A stretch of 64,000 nt of DNA from Squalus acanthias (lineage: Eukaryota). This document shows positions 50,188 to 63,834 of this stretch, piece by piece. A program made the translations under genes and the position numbers. Below the pieces are notes generated by a model, which was not told the origin of the DNA, made no database searches, and was given only the letters and a program-made list of their open reading frames with translations. Position 1 is the first letter of the stretch. Every line of letters begins with the position of its first letter. The stretch spans positions 53,322,001 to 53,386,000 of the forward strand of contig CM059438.1 of the NCBI GenBank assembly GCA_030390025.1, given 5' to 3'.

Positions 50188-51025
50188 GCTGAGGGATGAT
50201 GGGGCAGGGAGTATTGTTCACACTAATACTGAGGGATGTAGGAGTGGGGAGTATTGTTCACACTAATACTGAGGGATGATGGGGTGGCGAGTATTCTTCA
50301 CACTAATACTGAGGGATGTAGGAGTGGGGTGTATTGTTCACACTAATACTGAGAGATGATGGGGTGGGGAGTATTCTTCACACTAATACTGAGGGATGAT
50401 GGGGTGGGGAGTATTCTTCACACTAATACTGAGGGATGTAGGGGTGGGGAGTATTGTTCACACTAATACTGAGGGATGATGGGGTGGGGAGTATTGTTCA
50501 CACTAATACTGAGGGATGATGGGGTGGGGAGTATTCTTCACACTAATACTGAGGGATGATGGGGTGGGGAGTATTCTTCACACTAATACTGAGGGATGAT
50601 GGGGTGGGGAGTATTCTTCACACTAATACTGAGGGATGTAGGGGTGGGGAGTATTCTTCACACTAATACTGAGGGATGTAGGGGTGGGGAGTATTGTTCA
50701 CACTAATACTGAGGGATGATGGGGTGGGGAGTATTCTTCACACTAATACTGAGGGATGATGGGGTGGGGACTATCGTTCACACTAATACTGAGGGATAAT
50801 GGGGTGGGGAGTATTCTTCACACTAATACTGAGGGATGTAGGAGTGGGGAGTATTGTTCACACCAATACTGAGGGATGATGGGGCGGGGAGTATTGTTCA
50901 CACTAATACTGAGGGATGTAGGAGTGGGGAGTATTCTTCACACTAATACTGAGGGATGTAGGAGTGGGGAGTATTGTTCACACTAATACTGAGGGATGAT
51001 GGGGTGGGGAGTATTCTTCACACTA
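50188..51025. repeat. 40-bp minisatellite (CACTAATACTGAGGGATGATGGGGTGGGGAGTATTSTTCA), about 21 copies, in the last HELLS intron
   Basis: Direct tandem repetition. Confidence 0.97.
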
Positions 51026-51088
51026 AAACGGATGCTCAATATAAATATTGACACGGGTTGAGTGTAATGAATGTGTCCAACTACTTAC

Positions 51089-51165
51089 TGAGGAGGTCGC
51101 TGCGATCCAGCAGGGTATGAAGGTCAACATCACTCATCACTTTTTCAGTAGATCCCTTCACCACT
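51089..51165 (-). CDS. HELLS: HELLS exon (VVKGSTEKVMSDVDLHTLLDRSDLL)
   Basis: AG/GT bounded, 77 bp, phases consistent; LLDRSDL motif. Confidence 0.92.
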
Positions 51166-51905
51166 CTGTTGGGAAGATTTACAAAATATTTAGACAAGTG
51201 AGGCTTGGAGAGGAGTTGATAGTCTGCACTTAACTAGTAGCCACCAAATCAATTAGGATCAACTGCATTAAATAGTCAATCAATTAATCAATGCAGCAAC
51301 TAACGCAAGACTCAAGGTCAGATGAATCTGTGACAAACATTGTTTTCTTCTGATTGGAAACATTGGAAGAAACACCAGTGTTCAAACTCCACTGCACATC
51401 CAGACCAGACTCACTCATTCAGTATGGACACACTACTAGAGCCCAGCTAAAGACTACTGAGAAACGTTTAGTGTTCACAGGGAAGGAAACTCCACTCCAT
51501 ATCCTGGCGAAGTGCCTCAATCCAACATGAGTGTGGAGTAGAGTAGGTTCCTGCTCATGCCTTGGGCCTTGTCCATGAACAATTTTTAATTAGTGAGAAT
51601 CCTAAGAGAAAGGCCAAGGCCCTTGGACTTCCACAACTTTAAGGTCCTGGACAAGAATGAGTTAGGGCAGAAAATAGGAGACCGTGCAATTAATCTGTAA
51701 TGAAAGTGGTATGAATGTAGGGAAGAGGATGAGTGTGTAGAGCAACACATTGCAGCTTCAGATGAAAGAGGAATGTTCAGAGTAACAATGACCACTGAAG
51801 GAACATTTCTAGCCACAGCAGGTGACGTTATACTACAATTTGGACCCTAAGGTGCAAAAAAATTCTACAAAAGGTTAAGCAGTTTCTATTGCTCATCTAC
51901 TTTAC

Positions 51906-52002
51906 CTTTCATGATCTCGAGACTTCAGTAACTCCAGCAGCTCTGTAGAATCCAGACAGCTCCTAGACTGCTTCAAGCCTGACTTGCCCCCTTTGAACTT
52001 AT
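51906..52002 (-). CDS. HELLS: HELLS exon ([31 protein letters not shown])
   Basis: AG/GT bounded, 97 bp, phases consistent; FKGG and ELLKSRD motifs. Confidence 0.93.
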
Positions 52003-52069
52003 CTGAACAGGAATTGAGAAAAAGAGACACTTGACCATTCTGAATGAGACAAACGAGTACAAAGTTTAG

Positions 52070-52592
52070 AGGACTCGACAGTGCAGTGGGTTAGACACAC
52101 TCCTTTCATCTCGACAACCTTGGTTCAAATGTAGTCCACAATGATACGACACAAGTCTCCTTGGTCTGCAAGGATACGTGAAATTTGTCCGACAGTTTCC
52201 TTCCGATTCCTAGTGGACATTGGCCAAACTGGACAAAGTGTCCCTGACTGGTACACCAACTCAAAGGCCACAAGATGGCCAACGTGGTAAATGGAAAATG
52301 TCATACTGGTGCATTAAATAGAGCACCCCCTACTGCACCAATGTGATACCTTCTCCATTCCCATAACAGTCTTCCTGTGGGCCCTGACTGAGATGGCCAA
52401 TTAATGCCAAATTAGGGACAGTTTTAGGGTAGGCCCATTCCCACTAGAAGCTAGATTCAGACTGCCCAAACACATTTCACATAGGAGCCTTACACATAGG
52501 AGGTGACACTTTCATACCATCAGTCTGGCCTGGATTTGAGCCCAGATATCAGAGGCTTAGGACAACATCCAACCCACTGTGCTACCAAGTTC
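52070..52592. mobile_element. Two convergent, diverged LF-SINE-like tRNA-derived SINEs (~52070-52300 plus; ~52345-52592 minus)
   Basis: Shared motifs CAGTGGGTT, GGYTCAAAT, GTGAAAT and TYCTAGTGG; the minus copy also has TTGGCATTAATTGG. Confidence 0.5.
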
Positions 52593-52829
52593 CCCTGTGA
52601 AGGTCTGCTTATTCTACCCTAACCCATGCTATACCTGGCATGTCAGTCATTAATGCAGACAATGGGCACCTGAAATAGAAAGTATTCTATTCCCCAAAAT
52701 AAAAGTAAAGGTCGCACTGTTAAAGAAAATAAGTAAGTCACATTCATTGAGAACAGGGTAACAAGTGAGTTGTCAGATGAAGTTCTCTCTACCCTCCCCG
52801 CCAAGAAAATGTTGCATTTAAACACTAAC

Positions 52830-52989
52830 TTTTATGAATAACCATTTTTTCGAGTCGCCTTTTGGCTGTGGCCTTCTCCACAATCTTCTCATCGATGGTA
52901 TTGGCAGTTACCAGGCGATATACCACAACCGGTTTGGTCTGACCAATCCGATGACACCGATCCTGAGCCTGAAGGTCCGCCTGTGGATT
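52830..52989 (-). CDS. HELLS: HELLS exon ([53 protein letters not shown])
   Basis: AG/GT bounded, 160 bp; SNF2 helicase motif VI. Confidence 0.97.
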
Positions 52990-53985
52990 CTGGAAAGAAA
53001 CGAGAAGGTGAGAGACCTCAAGTTTCAGTAGAACAGCTCGATCATTCCCCGCTTGTCACTGAGTTAACAGATTTGAAATGGGTCCCAGCTTCCTATTAAC
53101 GCTAACACTCCACAATGTTGATGCTGTTTCAACATTAAACAAACATTATTTCCTACACTAACTTTGCAATGTTCCACCAAAGCGAGTTGCTTAAAAGATG
53201 TAGAAACAATTAATACATGAGCAGCTGATGACAAGAACAGGTCAGGTAATACATACACGACCTGGGAAATTGGCTGCAGCCGCCGTTTTTGCACAGCTCC
53301 ACGAGTCTGGCAGTCCTCAGGTGCTTCAACAAGAGGCCATTCTTCACGTCAAACCACACCAGGCAGTGATTTTACTCACTAGGCTATCAAACGCAGCCCT
53401 CCTGTTAAATGTGATCTTTGGACGTTAAATCCAGTATGGAGATCAATGCAAATATATCCAACACCCCCGAAACCTCATTTCAAATAGCTGCATCTGTGAA
53501 GAGGTGGAGGTGCTTAGACAATCAGCATTCAAATTGCTCATTATTCATGGCATCTTCCTGCAAATTCTTGTGCTCAGGAGGAGGGATGTCACTCAGTTCC
53601 TCATTCCAAACTCATTGCAATAACAGTGCAGAATACAAATGGATTCTATGCACCACTCTGGTCACCAATATGCTGTAGGAAAAGGCAGGTAAGTACCCCT
53701 CATTGACACTCAAATCAGCATCTCAAATTGCTCCCAGCACCACTGGCAGACCTGTAACCATCATTACTTCACTCTAGCATTCGACAGCTCAATGTGCTCT
53801 TTCTGCAATGCAAAAGTCACCGCGAGCTGCCACAGAATGTGCAGTGTGAATGGCGTAGTGTAAAATCAGACTCCAAATGAGAATACAAACATCACTTTAC
53901 TGATCAGCTACAGCAGATTCTATATAGTACACAACAAAGTTGCTCAACAATCAAATGGATGGTCACGGGATCAACACAAAACTCA

Positions 53986-54177
<192 letters not shown>

Positions 54178-55436
54178 TTATAAACAAAACCCTCTATTGT
54201 GCTCCAAACCATTGCCCATCAAAAGCTCATGCTGGTGCTATTTCAAGCTGTCTGCAAACTAAATCTAATTTCAGAACATGAAGCAGGAACAAGGAAAGAT
54301 AATTCAGCACTTTCTCACCATGATTCTAGCACTTCGACAAGTGGTGTTCTATTTTGGGATGCGGCTAACACTGGGACGAAAGTATTTAATTACCCATCCC
54401 TGGTAACCCGGAGGGCACCAAGAGCTCAACATAGTGTGGGACTGGGTCACATGCAGGCCAAACTGGGCAGGTTCAGGGGTCAGATTTGGGGGGTGGGGGA
54501 GAGGAGGAGAGAGAGACAGGTTCAGCAACCAAACCGAGTAGGGGTGGTGGCTTTAAAAGGCCAGACCTTTGGGGGCGGGGCGGGGGGGTAGTCGGTTCAG
54601 AGGTCAGGCTGGAGAGGGTGGCAGGGTTAAAGGCCAGACTGAAGAGGGGGCAGGTTCCTTTACCTGAAAGGCATCAGTGAACCAGTTGGATATTTCTGCC
54701 AATCCAGCAGCTTTCTTGTCATTTTCTTTTCCTGATGCCACCTAAAAATTCCTCGATTTGCCAAATAAAGTTTTGCAATTGATCAGGTGGGATTTGAATT
54801 CAGCTTCTGGGTTGCTAGTCGAGACCAGGTTCCAGATTTGCTCTCTTCTCCATGACCGCAGCCCACCACCCCCGCAAAACTCCAAAACATCCACCGAATC
54901 CCAGATTATACATCTCTCTCCACTTATTTTCCTTCCGATGACATTTCCAGGCTCCCAGCATCCCAGGATGTTTCAAACACCACACAGCAGCTCTCCGTAT
55001 TGTTCCCTGTAACCCTCAGTCCCACTCGATCGCCTCTATCTGTATTTATCCCCCCAGTCCTATTTCCAATTCAGCTCCTCCCGTTTAAAAAAAAACAAAC
55101 AACGGTATGGATTGATATATTAATTGCTTCATCAGTGTCCCTACCACCTATCTGGTACTCTGGATTCAATATCCTTGTTTCAAGTCTTGATCATATCCTG
55201 TGCTGCCTACAAACCCAGGAAACTGAAATCTCAAAAGTAGCAAAGAATTTTGCATGAAAAATCTAATTTCTTTGGTAGCATTTCCCAGTGTTAAAAGCAG
55301 TTTTTTTTGATCTGCATCCTTTCACTTTTTTGTTGGTTTAAAGCAGAATGCCGAAAGCCAAGATATAAAATGGCTTTCAGCTGGTCTTCTGACAGAAGAG
55401 TAGAGATTCCATCTGCAGCCTCTCAGGGGAACGTAC

Positions 55437-55556
55437 ATTTTCCTCACGCATAATGTAAGACATGGAACCGTCCAGCCGGCTGTACTTGTAGTCCCTCAGG
55501 TAGCAGTAATCCATCAGGATGTCCAGCATCGATGTCATTTGAGAAAATATCAGCAC
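55437..55556 (-). CDS. HELLS: HELLS exon ([40 protein letters not shown])
   Basis: AG/GT bounded, 120 bp; helicase motif IV. Confidence 0.97.
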
Positions 55557-57885
55557 CTGTTAAAAACAAATCAGAGTCCTCAGTCAGGGCACAGCAGCAT
55601 GCCTGCAGTGGCTTCAGGCTGAAGATTGGGAGATGTGCTGGGGGCAGTTAACTGTTAGCTTGAAGTTAAGCTTTTAAAAGGAGGCAGTGGCATCATGCAG
55701 CAACAGGAATAAAGACTGGGGCAGGGATGTTTCTGGATGGCAGGGGATGGACAAGCTCCAACAGGGTGATATTTTAGCTCAAATAGGATATGCACCAAAA
55801 TGGATTTGTGCCTGGTGGAATGTGCTGACACCACAGGGCTGAGTCTGCAGACATTCTTGATGACTTTAATTCCATGTATGATTGCCAGCTTTCATTTGGT
55901 TTTGAAAGATTCACATTTGATTTGCTTGGTTACTGGTTGAGCTTCAAAAGGTGACCGAGAATAATATTGGGCAGCCTTGTGGCATGTGTTTCAATTCTTG
56001 AGGCAATTTGACATGGGGGTGGAGACTCAGTCTGACAAGTCCCACATGTAAATGACATTACGGACATTAAAGATCTAGGCCCAGTATTAGAGAGAGTTAG
56101 CGAAGGGTCACGCCATGTTTAATATTGAAGAGGTGCAGATGAAGTTCTGGAAGGTACTGCAGAGATGGCAAGGTTTAAACCAACACTCTTATTAATTTGC
56201 AGATACCAACAGATCTTGCTGTTGTGATTTGGGATTTATCCAGCAATGGCGCAGCACTTAATGACAGTGCTTCCTAAATCTGCAAGTCCACAAAGTAAAA
56301 AACAGAACAAACCAACAAATAAGAAACAAGCACAAAAAAGGACCAATGTTTTTCTACGACCAGGCGGTCAGAGTTCTTGAGCTGCATATCGGATACTTCT
56401 GATTTACTGCACTCTCGTTGTTGCTAATCTGTTACTTCTAATGAACTTGCTCCGCAGGTTATAGTTTACATCACAATCTGAAAAATTATTTATTCTTCCA
56501 CTTCCCAAAATCTAAAAATGGCTAAATAAGGCAACAAGGATTCCTGTTCCACTCCTGGGCTCACTACATTACCAGATACCAGGCATGCACGGGAGCAAGG
56601 GCTTGCTTACAGCAGTACCCTTGACACTGGCCAGAGAAAAATATTGGAATAAAGCCTAAAAACAAACAGGAATATCCCAGAGAAGCCCTTTCCCAAAAAA
56701 ATCAAACAGCATGGATAGCTAGCACAGGATGACTCTGAATAGGTCAGTGTACATGGAATATTAAGTATTACTTGTAAAAATAAAAGTAGAAGTAAGTGGC
56801 TTGGTGGGAGTTAAAAGCAGGCTTGAGTTTCATTCTCTGCCACCTAGGTCCCATGGCTATATCACGGCCAAGCTGTCAATATCGGCGAGCCACAGGGTGA
56901 CATTTATGATCAAAGAGCAACAGATTACAAACCATTTAAATGTACAGAGCGGTGTTAAGAGTGACATTTCAAAATAGGTCATACTTTAAAAAAAGTCACT
57001 CAAGGGTTTAAACTCCTTAAGTTTCTAAATTTACTCTTGTAGCCCTCTTCTTTCTCTTCAATTACACTCCCAGCTTTGTTTTCGCCACACTGCTTCTGTA
57101 CTGCGTCTTTTACCATTAATCCAAGTCAAGATATGTTTTTACACTCCCAGATCAAGCCATTCGTGATGGGTTGCAGTTAATAACTTGGGTCATGGGGTTA
57201 CCGTTTCCCAGGACTTTGGTTCCTGTAGCAAAGTTCAGTTCTGGCTGAATCCGCCAACATCAATGATCAGCCACCTCTTCGAGTTGGGGCTCAGTCTGAT
57301 GTATGCAGGCTGCATACAAGATGAGCTGGAGAGGGCCTCCACTCTAAATTCATCCAGAATGGAAGATGTTGCGGGCAGTAGCGTAGCAGCAGTCAGTGTT
57401 TTAACACTCAATCATTTACGTTTACCCAGCAGAGGTGCCCTGGAACTAGTGTGTAGCACAAAATGCAAAATCACATTGAATGGTGCCTGAAGATAAATTT
57501 GAAATAAACACAAACTAGAAGGCTTTACCCAGATACTGAAGGCTTTACCTGTTCACTGAGCTTGCACATAACCCAAGGACCAACTGAAAGAAGCAAATTC
57601 CAGGAAAGCAATGCAACTTAAACCGAGGCCCTAGCCAAAAGTAGGCTTCTGGAGGCAAGACTTACTGGACTGATTTACAACAGACCACATTCCTACTAGT
57701 GTCCCACCACATCCCACCAGTACCTTCCGCCTTTGAGGTGGGTAAGTTTTGGTCAATCTTGTGGTCACTGCTGGTTCCAAATAAGCAATTTGATTGAACA
57801 AAGACAAGTAGGAAAAGCCAACAAAGAGTGAGCAATTTAAGCCAAATAGAAAAGCTCGTCTCCCTACACGAGATAGACAGATCAC

Positions 57886-57969
57886 CTTGTGCCCTCTTCT
57901 GCTGAGTTCCGGTAGCATTCGGTCCAAAATGAGAAACTTTCCTGAGCTCTTCACCAACTCTTCATCTAT
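57886..57969 (-). CDS. HELLS: HELLS exon ([28 protein letters not shown])
   Basis: AG/GT bounded, 84 bp. Confidence 0.96.
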
Positions 57970-58119
57970 CTACAAAACAGTTTGAAAATGTGCATCAATG
58001 CAATTACCTAAAGAATGCACGAGTTAAACTCACAACTCTACACAGATTTAGGGATTCAAATAAAATCTTAAATGGAAAGAGAAGTTGATAAAGTTATTTA
58101 AAAGAAAAAAAACATTGGA

Positions 58120-58620
58120 TCATTGGTTTTATAATTAGGTTTAAGAGTACAAATGCAGAGGTAATGCTAAACATATACAGATCATCGGATAGACCACAGT
58201 TAAAGTAGCGCGTCCATTTTTTGAGCCCCTTACGGTAGGAAGGATCTCAAGGCTATAAAAAGAGTTGAGCCAGATAATATCCAGAATGAAAGGCTAGAGA
58301 AACGGGCAGTTTTTAACTAGAACAGGAAGTCAGGAGAATATTTCATAGAGATGTTTAAGATTTTGAAGGGTACTGATAAGATAAAGGGAAAAACTATTTC
58401 CTCTGTCAGTGAGTCAATAACGAGATGGTATAAATTTAAGATTGTTGCAAAAGAATGAAGGGAGAGGTTAGAAGAGGGTTGTTAGGATATGGATCGCCCT
58501 ACTAGAAACAGTGGGGAGGAACAACCCATTCTAGATTTTGAAAGGGAAGTAGGTAAATATTTTAAAAATAATTTTTTTTTTTAAATGGGTGGGGGCAAAA
58601 GGGCAGGGGAATGGGACAGA
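58120..58620 (+). mobile_element. Highly decayed CR1 3' fragment
   Basis: Collinear remnants of the EYK, RPQL and KLF segments and the 3' UTR. Confidence 0.55.
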
Positions 58621-59085
58621 GAAAAAAAAATGGTTCTTAACCAATTTCGCCCAATAAAAAGTCATACTGATTTGAGTGGCGAATTAGAAAAAACAGATTT
58701 CCTTCCAAATTAGACAGGAAAAAACACCCCAAATTTCCAGTTCTCTTACCAAAACTGGGTATCGAGAGGCAGCAGACCACACCCATGAGGCTCGCAGGCA
58801 CATTGTGCACTGTGCTAACCCTGCATGTGAAGCGCACACATCCATGCAGGGAAATAAATGAATTTGGATTTCCTGCTGTGCAGACGATATTCTTTATACT
58901 GCAGCGACTGTCGGGCTTCCACTCCTAGCAGGGTATGTTAGCAAGCACAGCAGTGCACTGAGTCACCACACTGATAGTCCCCTGAAGAGGGAGTTCATCA
59001 ATCAAGGGCTGACTCAGGTCACACACCAAAGCATTGTTTATTAAAAGCAAGATCACAATTGTCTCCTGGGCATAATCTCCAACTA

Positions 59086-61482
59086 CAGGAAACTCTCGTT
59101 TAAACGGCACCTAAATATCCGGAATTCTCTATTAACCGGCAAAATTCATACTCCGAAAATTCCTCCCCAATAACCGGCAATGTTGCAGAGTCCGAGTCTC
59201 CCGCGAACGCCGAGTTAGTCAGTGGGGGTAGTTCTCCAAAGTGCCACTACTCGGCTTCCTGGCGCTGTGGGAAGTCCGAACACCGCAATAACAGGAGTCT
59301 GATTCTCCCGCGCTGCCGGGAGTCTCTTCTGATCCGCCAGTTTACTGTGTGTCTCCCGCGCTGCTGGTAGTCTCTTCTGAGCCACCATTTTCCTGTGTGT
59401 CTCTCCATCTTTATCAGGAATTATCTCCCCCATCTTGCATTATGGAATTCCCAAAAGCTGGTTCAAGCTAAAAGGAAGAGAGTGGTCTTAACTTTAAAAC
59501 AGAAAATCGAGATATGCCAATGACTAGAAAGGGGAGAGAAGCGTATCAACATCATGAATGAATTCAAAAATCGGTTCGTCAACAATCTACGACATCAAAT
59601 CACAGAAGGATAAGCTGCTCAAGTTTTATTCAAGCTCGGAGGCATCTAAGAGTGTAGAGAAATGGCGTATGCTTCGTAAGCCTAAGCTTGAAGAGCTGGA
59701 TACCGTGCTTTGAGTGGTTTTCTCTTAAGCGTTCAGAGGGTGTTCCACTTTCCGGACCCATGCTAATCGAGAAAGCGAAGTATTTCTACGAAAGGATGGA
59801 GCTCACTGACAAGTGTGCTTTCTCCGAGGGATGGCTAACGTGCTTCAAGTTACGGCACGGGATACGACGACTCGATATTTCTGGGGAGAATAAATCAGCT
59901 GATCACGACGCCGCAGAAGAAAACAGCGATTATTTCAATCGGATTGTGCAGCAACATGATTTGTCACCAGCACAGCTTTATAATGCCGATGAAACTGGCT
60001 TGTTTTGGAGGTTTTTGCCAGAATCAACGCTTGCTGGGGCTAGTGAGGCTAATGCTTCAGGTTACAAGAAAAATAAAGATGGTGTAACCGTGCTAATGCT
60101 GCTGGATCACACCGGGTTAAACTTCTTGTTATTGGGAAGTATAAAAATCCCCGTGCATTTAAAAATGTGAGGCACTTACCTGTTGAGTACAAAGATCAAA
60201 AAAATGCTTGGATGGATAAGGAAATCGTCTCCTATTGGTTCCATCATATTTTTGTTCCATCTGTGAGGGAACATTTCCGTAAAATAGGGAAACCTGAAGA
60301 TAGCAAATGCATTTTATTGCTTGATAATTGTAGAGCCCATCCGCATGAATCCGAGTTGGTTTCGGGAAATATTTTCACCATTTATTTGCCACCAAATGTA
60401 ACTTCTCTCATACAACCCATGGACCAGGGCGTTATCCAAAATCTGAAGTGTCATTACAAGAAAGACTTCCTACGCAAACTGATAAACCAAGATGACAATA
60501 TTCACGCATTTCAGAAGGAATACAGTATTAAAGATGCCATCGAAAATGTTGCAAATTCCTGGAACTTGGTGAAAGATCACACTCTGAAGCAAGCTTGGCA
60601 CAAATTGTGGCCTTCTGTAATGTTTGCTGAAGGTTCTTCTTCAGAGGAGGAATTTCATGGGTTCAATGTTCGTCCCAAGAAGAGTACAATAATGGAAATG
60701 GCTGGCATGATGAAAAATGTAGGCCCAGCAAACCCTCTACGTCACCTCAGTGAAAGTGATATCGAGCAGTGGGTTGATGCAGATAGAGAAGTTGCTGTTG
60801 TGCATATGCTAAGTGATGATGAAATAATTGAAACGGTTTTGAATCCAAAGAAAGAAAAGGAAAGTGAGGAGGATGAGATTCCTGAAGAGAACAAGATTTC
60901 TTGGGCTAAAGCTGCAGAAGGATTTTCTTCAATCCTCCAATTTGCTGAAAGGCAGCCTTGCTACTCTGTCCAAGAAATTATGCAACTCCATATTCTGCAT
61001 TCCACCTTTCTACAGAAAAGGTAAGAGTCCACTAAGCAAACCGACATCCGCAACATGTTTAAGAAAGCTTCCAAAAGAGTCGAAGCAGCGGAAGTGCCTG
61101 AAGAATCTGTGGAACTGCATGATCCTGATGACCCAGCTGGCATGGATATTCCTGATGAACCAGATGACTTGGAATAAGTGTACAGTCAACTACAGTACTG
61201 TATACAGTCATTTATAAGTTTTGTTTTACTGTTAAGTAATTAAAGAGTTATGGATTACCCTCAACTGGCAGTACTGTACTTAATCAAGCATCTTCCACCA
61301 TCCATTTAACACAACATTCTGTAGGTGAGTACCCAATTACTGTATACTGCACATTTCTTGATTTTTTAAAATTTTTGTTTGTTAAAAATAGCCTCGGTAG
61401 ATAACCCTCTCCATCATCCGGAATTTTTATTCAACCAGCACCACCCCGGTCCCGTTGGTGCCGGATACCAAAGAGTTTCCTG
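59086..61482 (+). mobile_element. Full-length pogo/Tigger DNA transposon in a HELLS intron
   Basis: TA TSD; ~26-bp TIRs CAGGAAACTCT...CGGCACC at both ends; internal transposase. Confidence 0.92.
59442..61178 (+). pseudogene. Tigger/jerky-like transposase with stops and frameshifts
   Basis: KRKRVVLTLKQKIEI (psq HTH), WF...[13 protein letters not shown] (CENP-B HTH) and YNADETGL / LLLDNCRAH / QPMDQGVI (DDD), spread over several frames. Confidence 0.88.
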
Positions 61483-61804
61483 TATTATTATCCCACCATC
61501 ACAGTGGCAGGAGCCACCACAACAAACATAGGTTCTTCAATTTTATTTTTAATTTAAAGAAACATTATCTAGGGGGTTAAAAGTCTGATAGTGAGTCCCC
61601 TAAAAATGGTATTCATGAACTGTGTACACAACTATGGGTTGTCAATTAGTTTGACTATATAAAAAAAAAGTTCATTTTCTTCCGTTTCAGTGGTATTCAA
61701 AATACAAACTGATTTTTAATTGAAATTACTAGGGTTCTTGAGGTTCCGTTCCCCCCGATGATTTTCTACAGCAAAAAACAACTCGAAACTAAAATATGAA
61801 TTAT

Positions 61805-62030
61805 ATAGAATAGGAAGGCCCCAGGTTCAAGTCCTGAGCAGGGTTGAATTAGCTGATCTCGGGTTGGGCAGTAATATGGGCACAACTGCCAGAGGGCCCT
61901 TGGGCTAGGGAGGGAAAAGCAACGTGGGACTCTGCTCCTGCTGGTAACCGCACACGGAGATGGCCCAACCACTATGCCCCAACAGTCAAAGAGCCTGAAC
62001 CATATGCAAGTGGAGATCACCATCTTCAGA
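61805..62030 (+). mobile_element. Ancient SINE remnant (AmnSINE2-like); related remnants at ~62990-63110 (+) and ~63440-63740 (-)
   Basis: CCAGGTTCAA...TTAGCTGATCTC...TGGGCTAGGGAGGGAAAA motif order; family name from recall only. Confidence 0.4.
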
Positions 62031-62131
62031 AGCAGAGGGGGTGTTTGCATTCAAAGTGGATGTTAAGGGAATCACAATTTGGTAATAAAAGGGAACTCGT
62101 GGCTGTTAGAGATTTTGCTTCTGATTTTCAC

Positions 62132-62270
62132 CTTAAACTCCTGGGTCTTGCAGTCCAGTGGGTATTCAATTAAGTAAGGGTGGTTACAGCACTTCCTGAG
62201 CAGCATCAACACATTCTGCAATTTCAAGTGGATTTCCTTATCTTGCGGGAGAGACACATCCAACACAGGC
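62132..62270 (-). CDS. HELLS: HELLS exon (PVLDVSLPQDKEIHLKLQNVLMLLRKCCNHPYLIEYPLDCKTQEFK); the gene continues beyond the window
   Basis: CAGCAG acceptor and GT donor, 139 bp; LRKCCNHPYL motif. Confidence 0.95.
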
Positions 62271-62343
62271 CTGCTGAGAAAATACAAGAGACTGCAAGTT
62301 ACTTTAAGGACAACCAAGTAGGAGGAGAACACCTTTTAAACAG

Positions 62344-62730
62344 TGTCAGCCTTGGTTCAATGGTGGCACTTACCACGTGGGTTGTGGGTTCAAGTGCCAC
62401 TCCAGAGACTTGAGCACATAATCCAGGCTGATCCTCAGTACTGCACTGAAGTGAGTGCTGCACTGTCAGAGGTGCCTTCTTTCAGATGAGATGTTAAGCC
62501 TCAGGCGGATGTAAAAGATCCCATGGGACTATTCCAAGAGCAGGGGGAGCTCCCCCAGTGCCCTGGCCAACATTTATCCAACACCACCAAAACCAAATTA
62601 TTTGGTCATTTACCTCAGGTTTGTCGGAGCTTGCTGTGCGCAAATTAGCTGTCGCGTTTCCCTGCGTTACAAGTGACACTTCAAAAGTACTTCATTGGCT
62701 GTAAAGTTTTGAGGCCGTGAAAGCTGCTGG
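62344..62730 (+). mobile_element. Deu-domain SINE copy
   Basis: Collinear with the reverse complement of 39688-40151. Confidence 0.8.
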
Positions 62731-63834
62731 AGAAAAATGGCCTCAAGAGGCCAATAGAGCAATCACTGCAGTTCAGTTTCAAAAGTGAGTTCTGACTGGA
62801 AGTGAGGCAGCGATACCTCCAAGGCCACTGTAAACCAATGTGCCACTGGCCTACAGTTTATATATTCTTAAGTAACACATGGTATTACACATCTCACTCA
62901 CTGTCCTGCATGTAACATGACGTGACAATTGCCCCAGTGGTTCAGAGGGTGTAACACAAGCTGTTGTTCAGAGCCACACAGATACTGAAGGACCCAGCTC
63001 AGTGCTGATTTAGCTGATCCTAGCTAGGGCAGCTAGATCTGGTCTCATTTTTGCTGGGCAGGGAGGAGAGCCAGCCAGTGCTCTCATTCCTGGTCATTAT
63101 CCAGCGGGTGGACCAGTCAACGAGCCCGCCAACAATCACTGCAGAGTTACGGGTGTAGAGAATTCTCTCCCCCCCACCAACAATATATAGAATAGACTCC
63201 TGTTAAAAGCAATGAAAATATTTCAATTAACTCATTTTCAAAAGAGCTGGAGAAACATCTAGCGTTTAAAAAGGACTGAAGATTACTAGGAAGTGTCAAT
63301 ATAGGTATCAACGCATGAAAGCATACTGCTCCATCTGAATTGGAGGGGGCAGTAAAGAGGAGGAACGAGAGTTTCTACCGGTCAGTAGTCCAGTTCTATT
63401 GCTTCTCCCGCCTGCCACTCCTGAAGGCACTGAGCCTCACTGTGCAGCAGCCCTCCAATACCTCCCCCAAGTTGCTGCCTATACCGTGAGCATCAGCAGG
63501 GTACCTGGCCATGGGGGTACCACTCAAGTTTGCTCCTGTTCTTATCCAATATCCACACATGCACTTTCCAGCAGAGCGACCAGGAGCAGAGGCCTCGGCC
63601 AATTCCGCCGCCCCAGTCTAGTGGCTGAGAACTCAGCTGCAGCATTCCAAACGCGGCCGCGAGCAACTAACTCAGCTCAAACGTCTTACTGTGTGGTCTG
63701 GACAGCCTAGCTCCACACTAGGCAGTGCCTGGACCCACTCGGACATTGGGGGAGCTGCCCTGCCCATTCTGAACTCTAGTCCTCTGATCATACTCGAACA
63801 TAACTGAAGACCACAGAACAGATTGATGGGGAAA

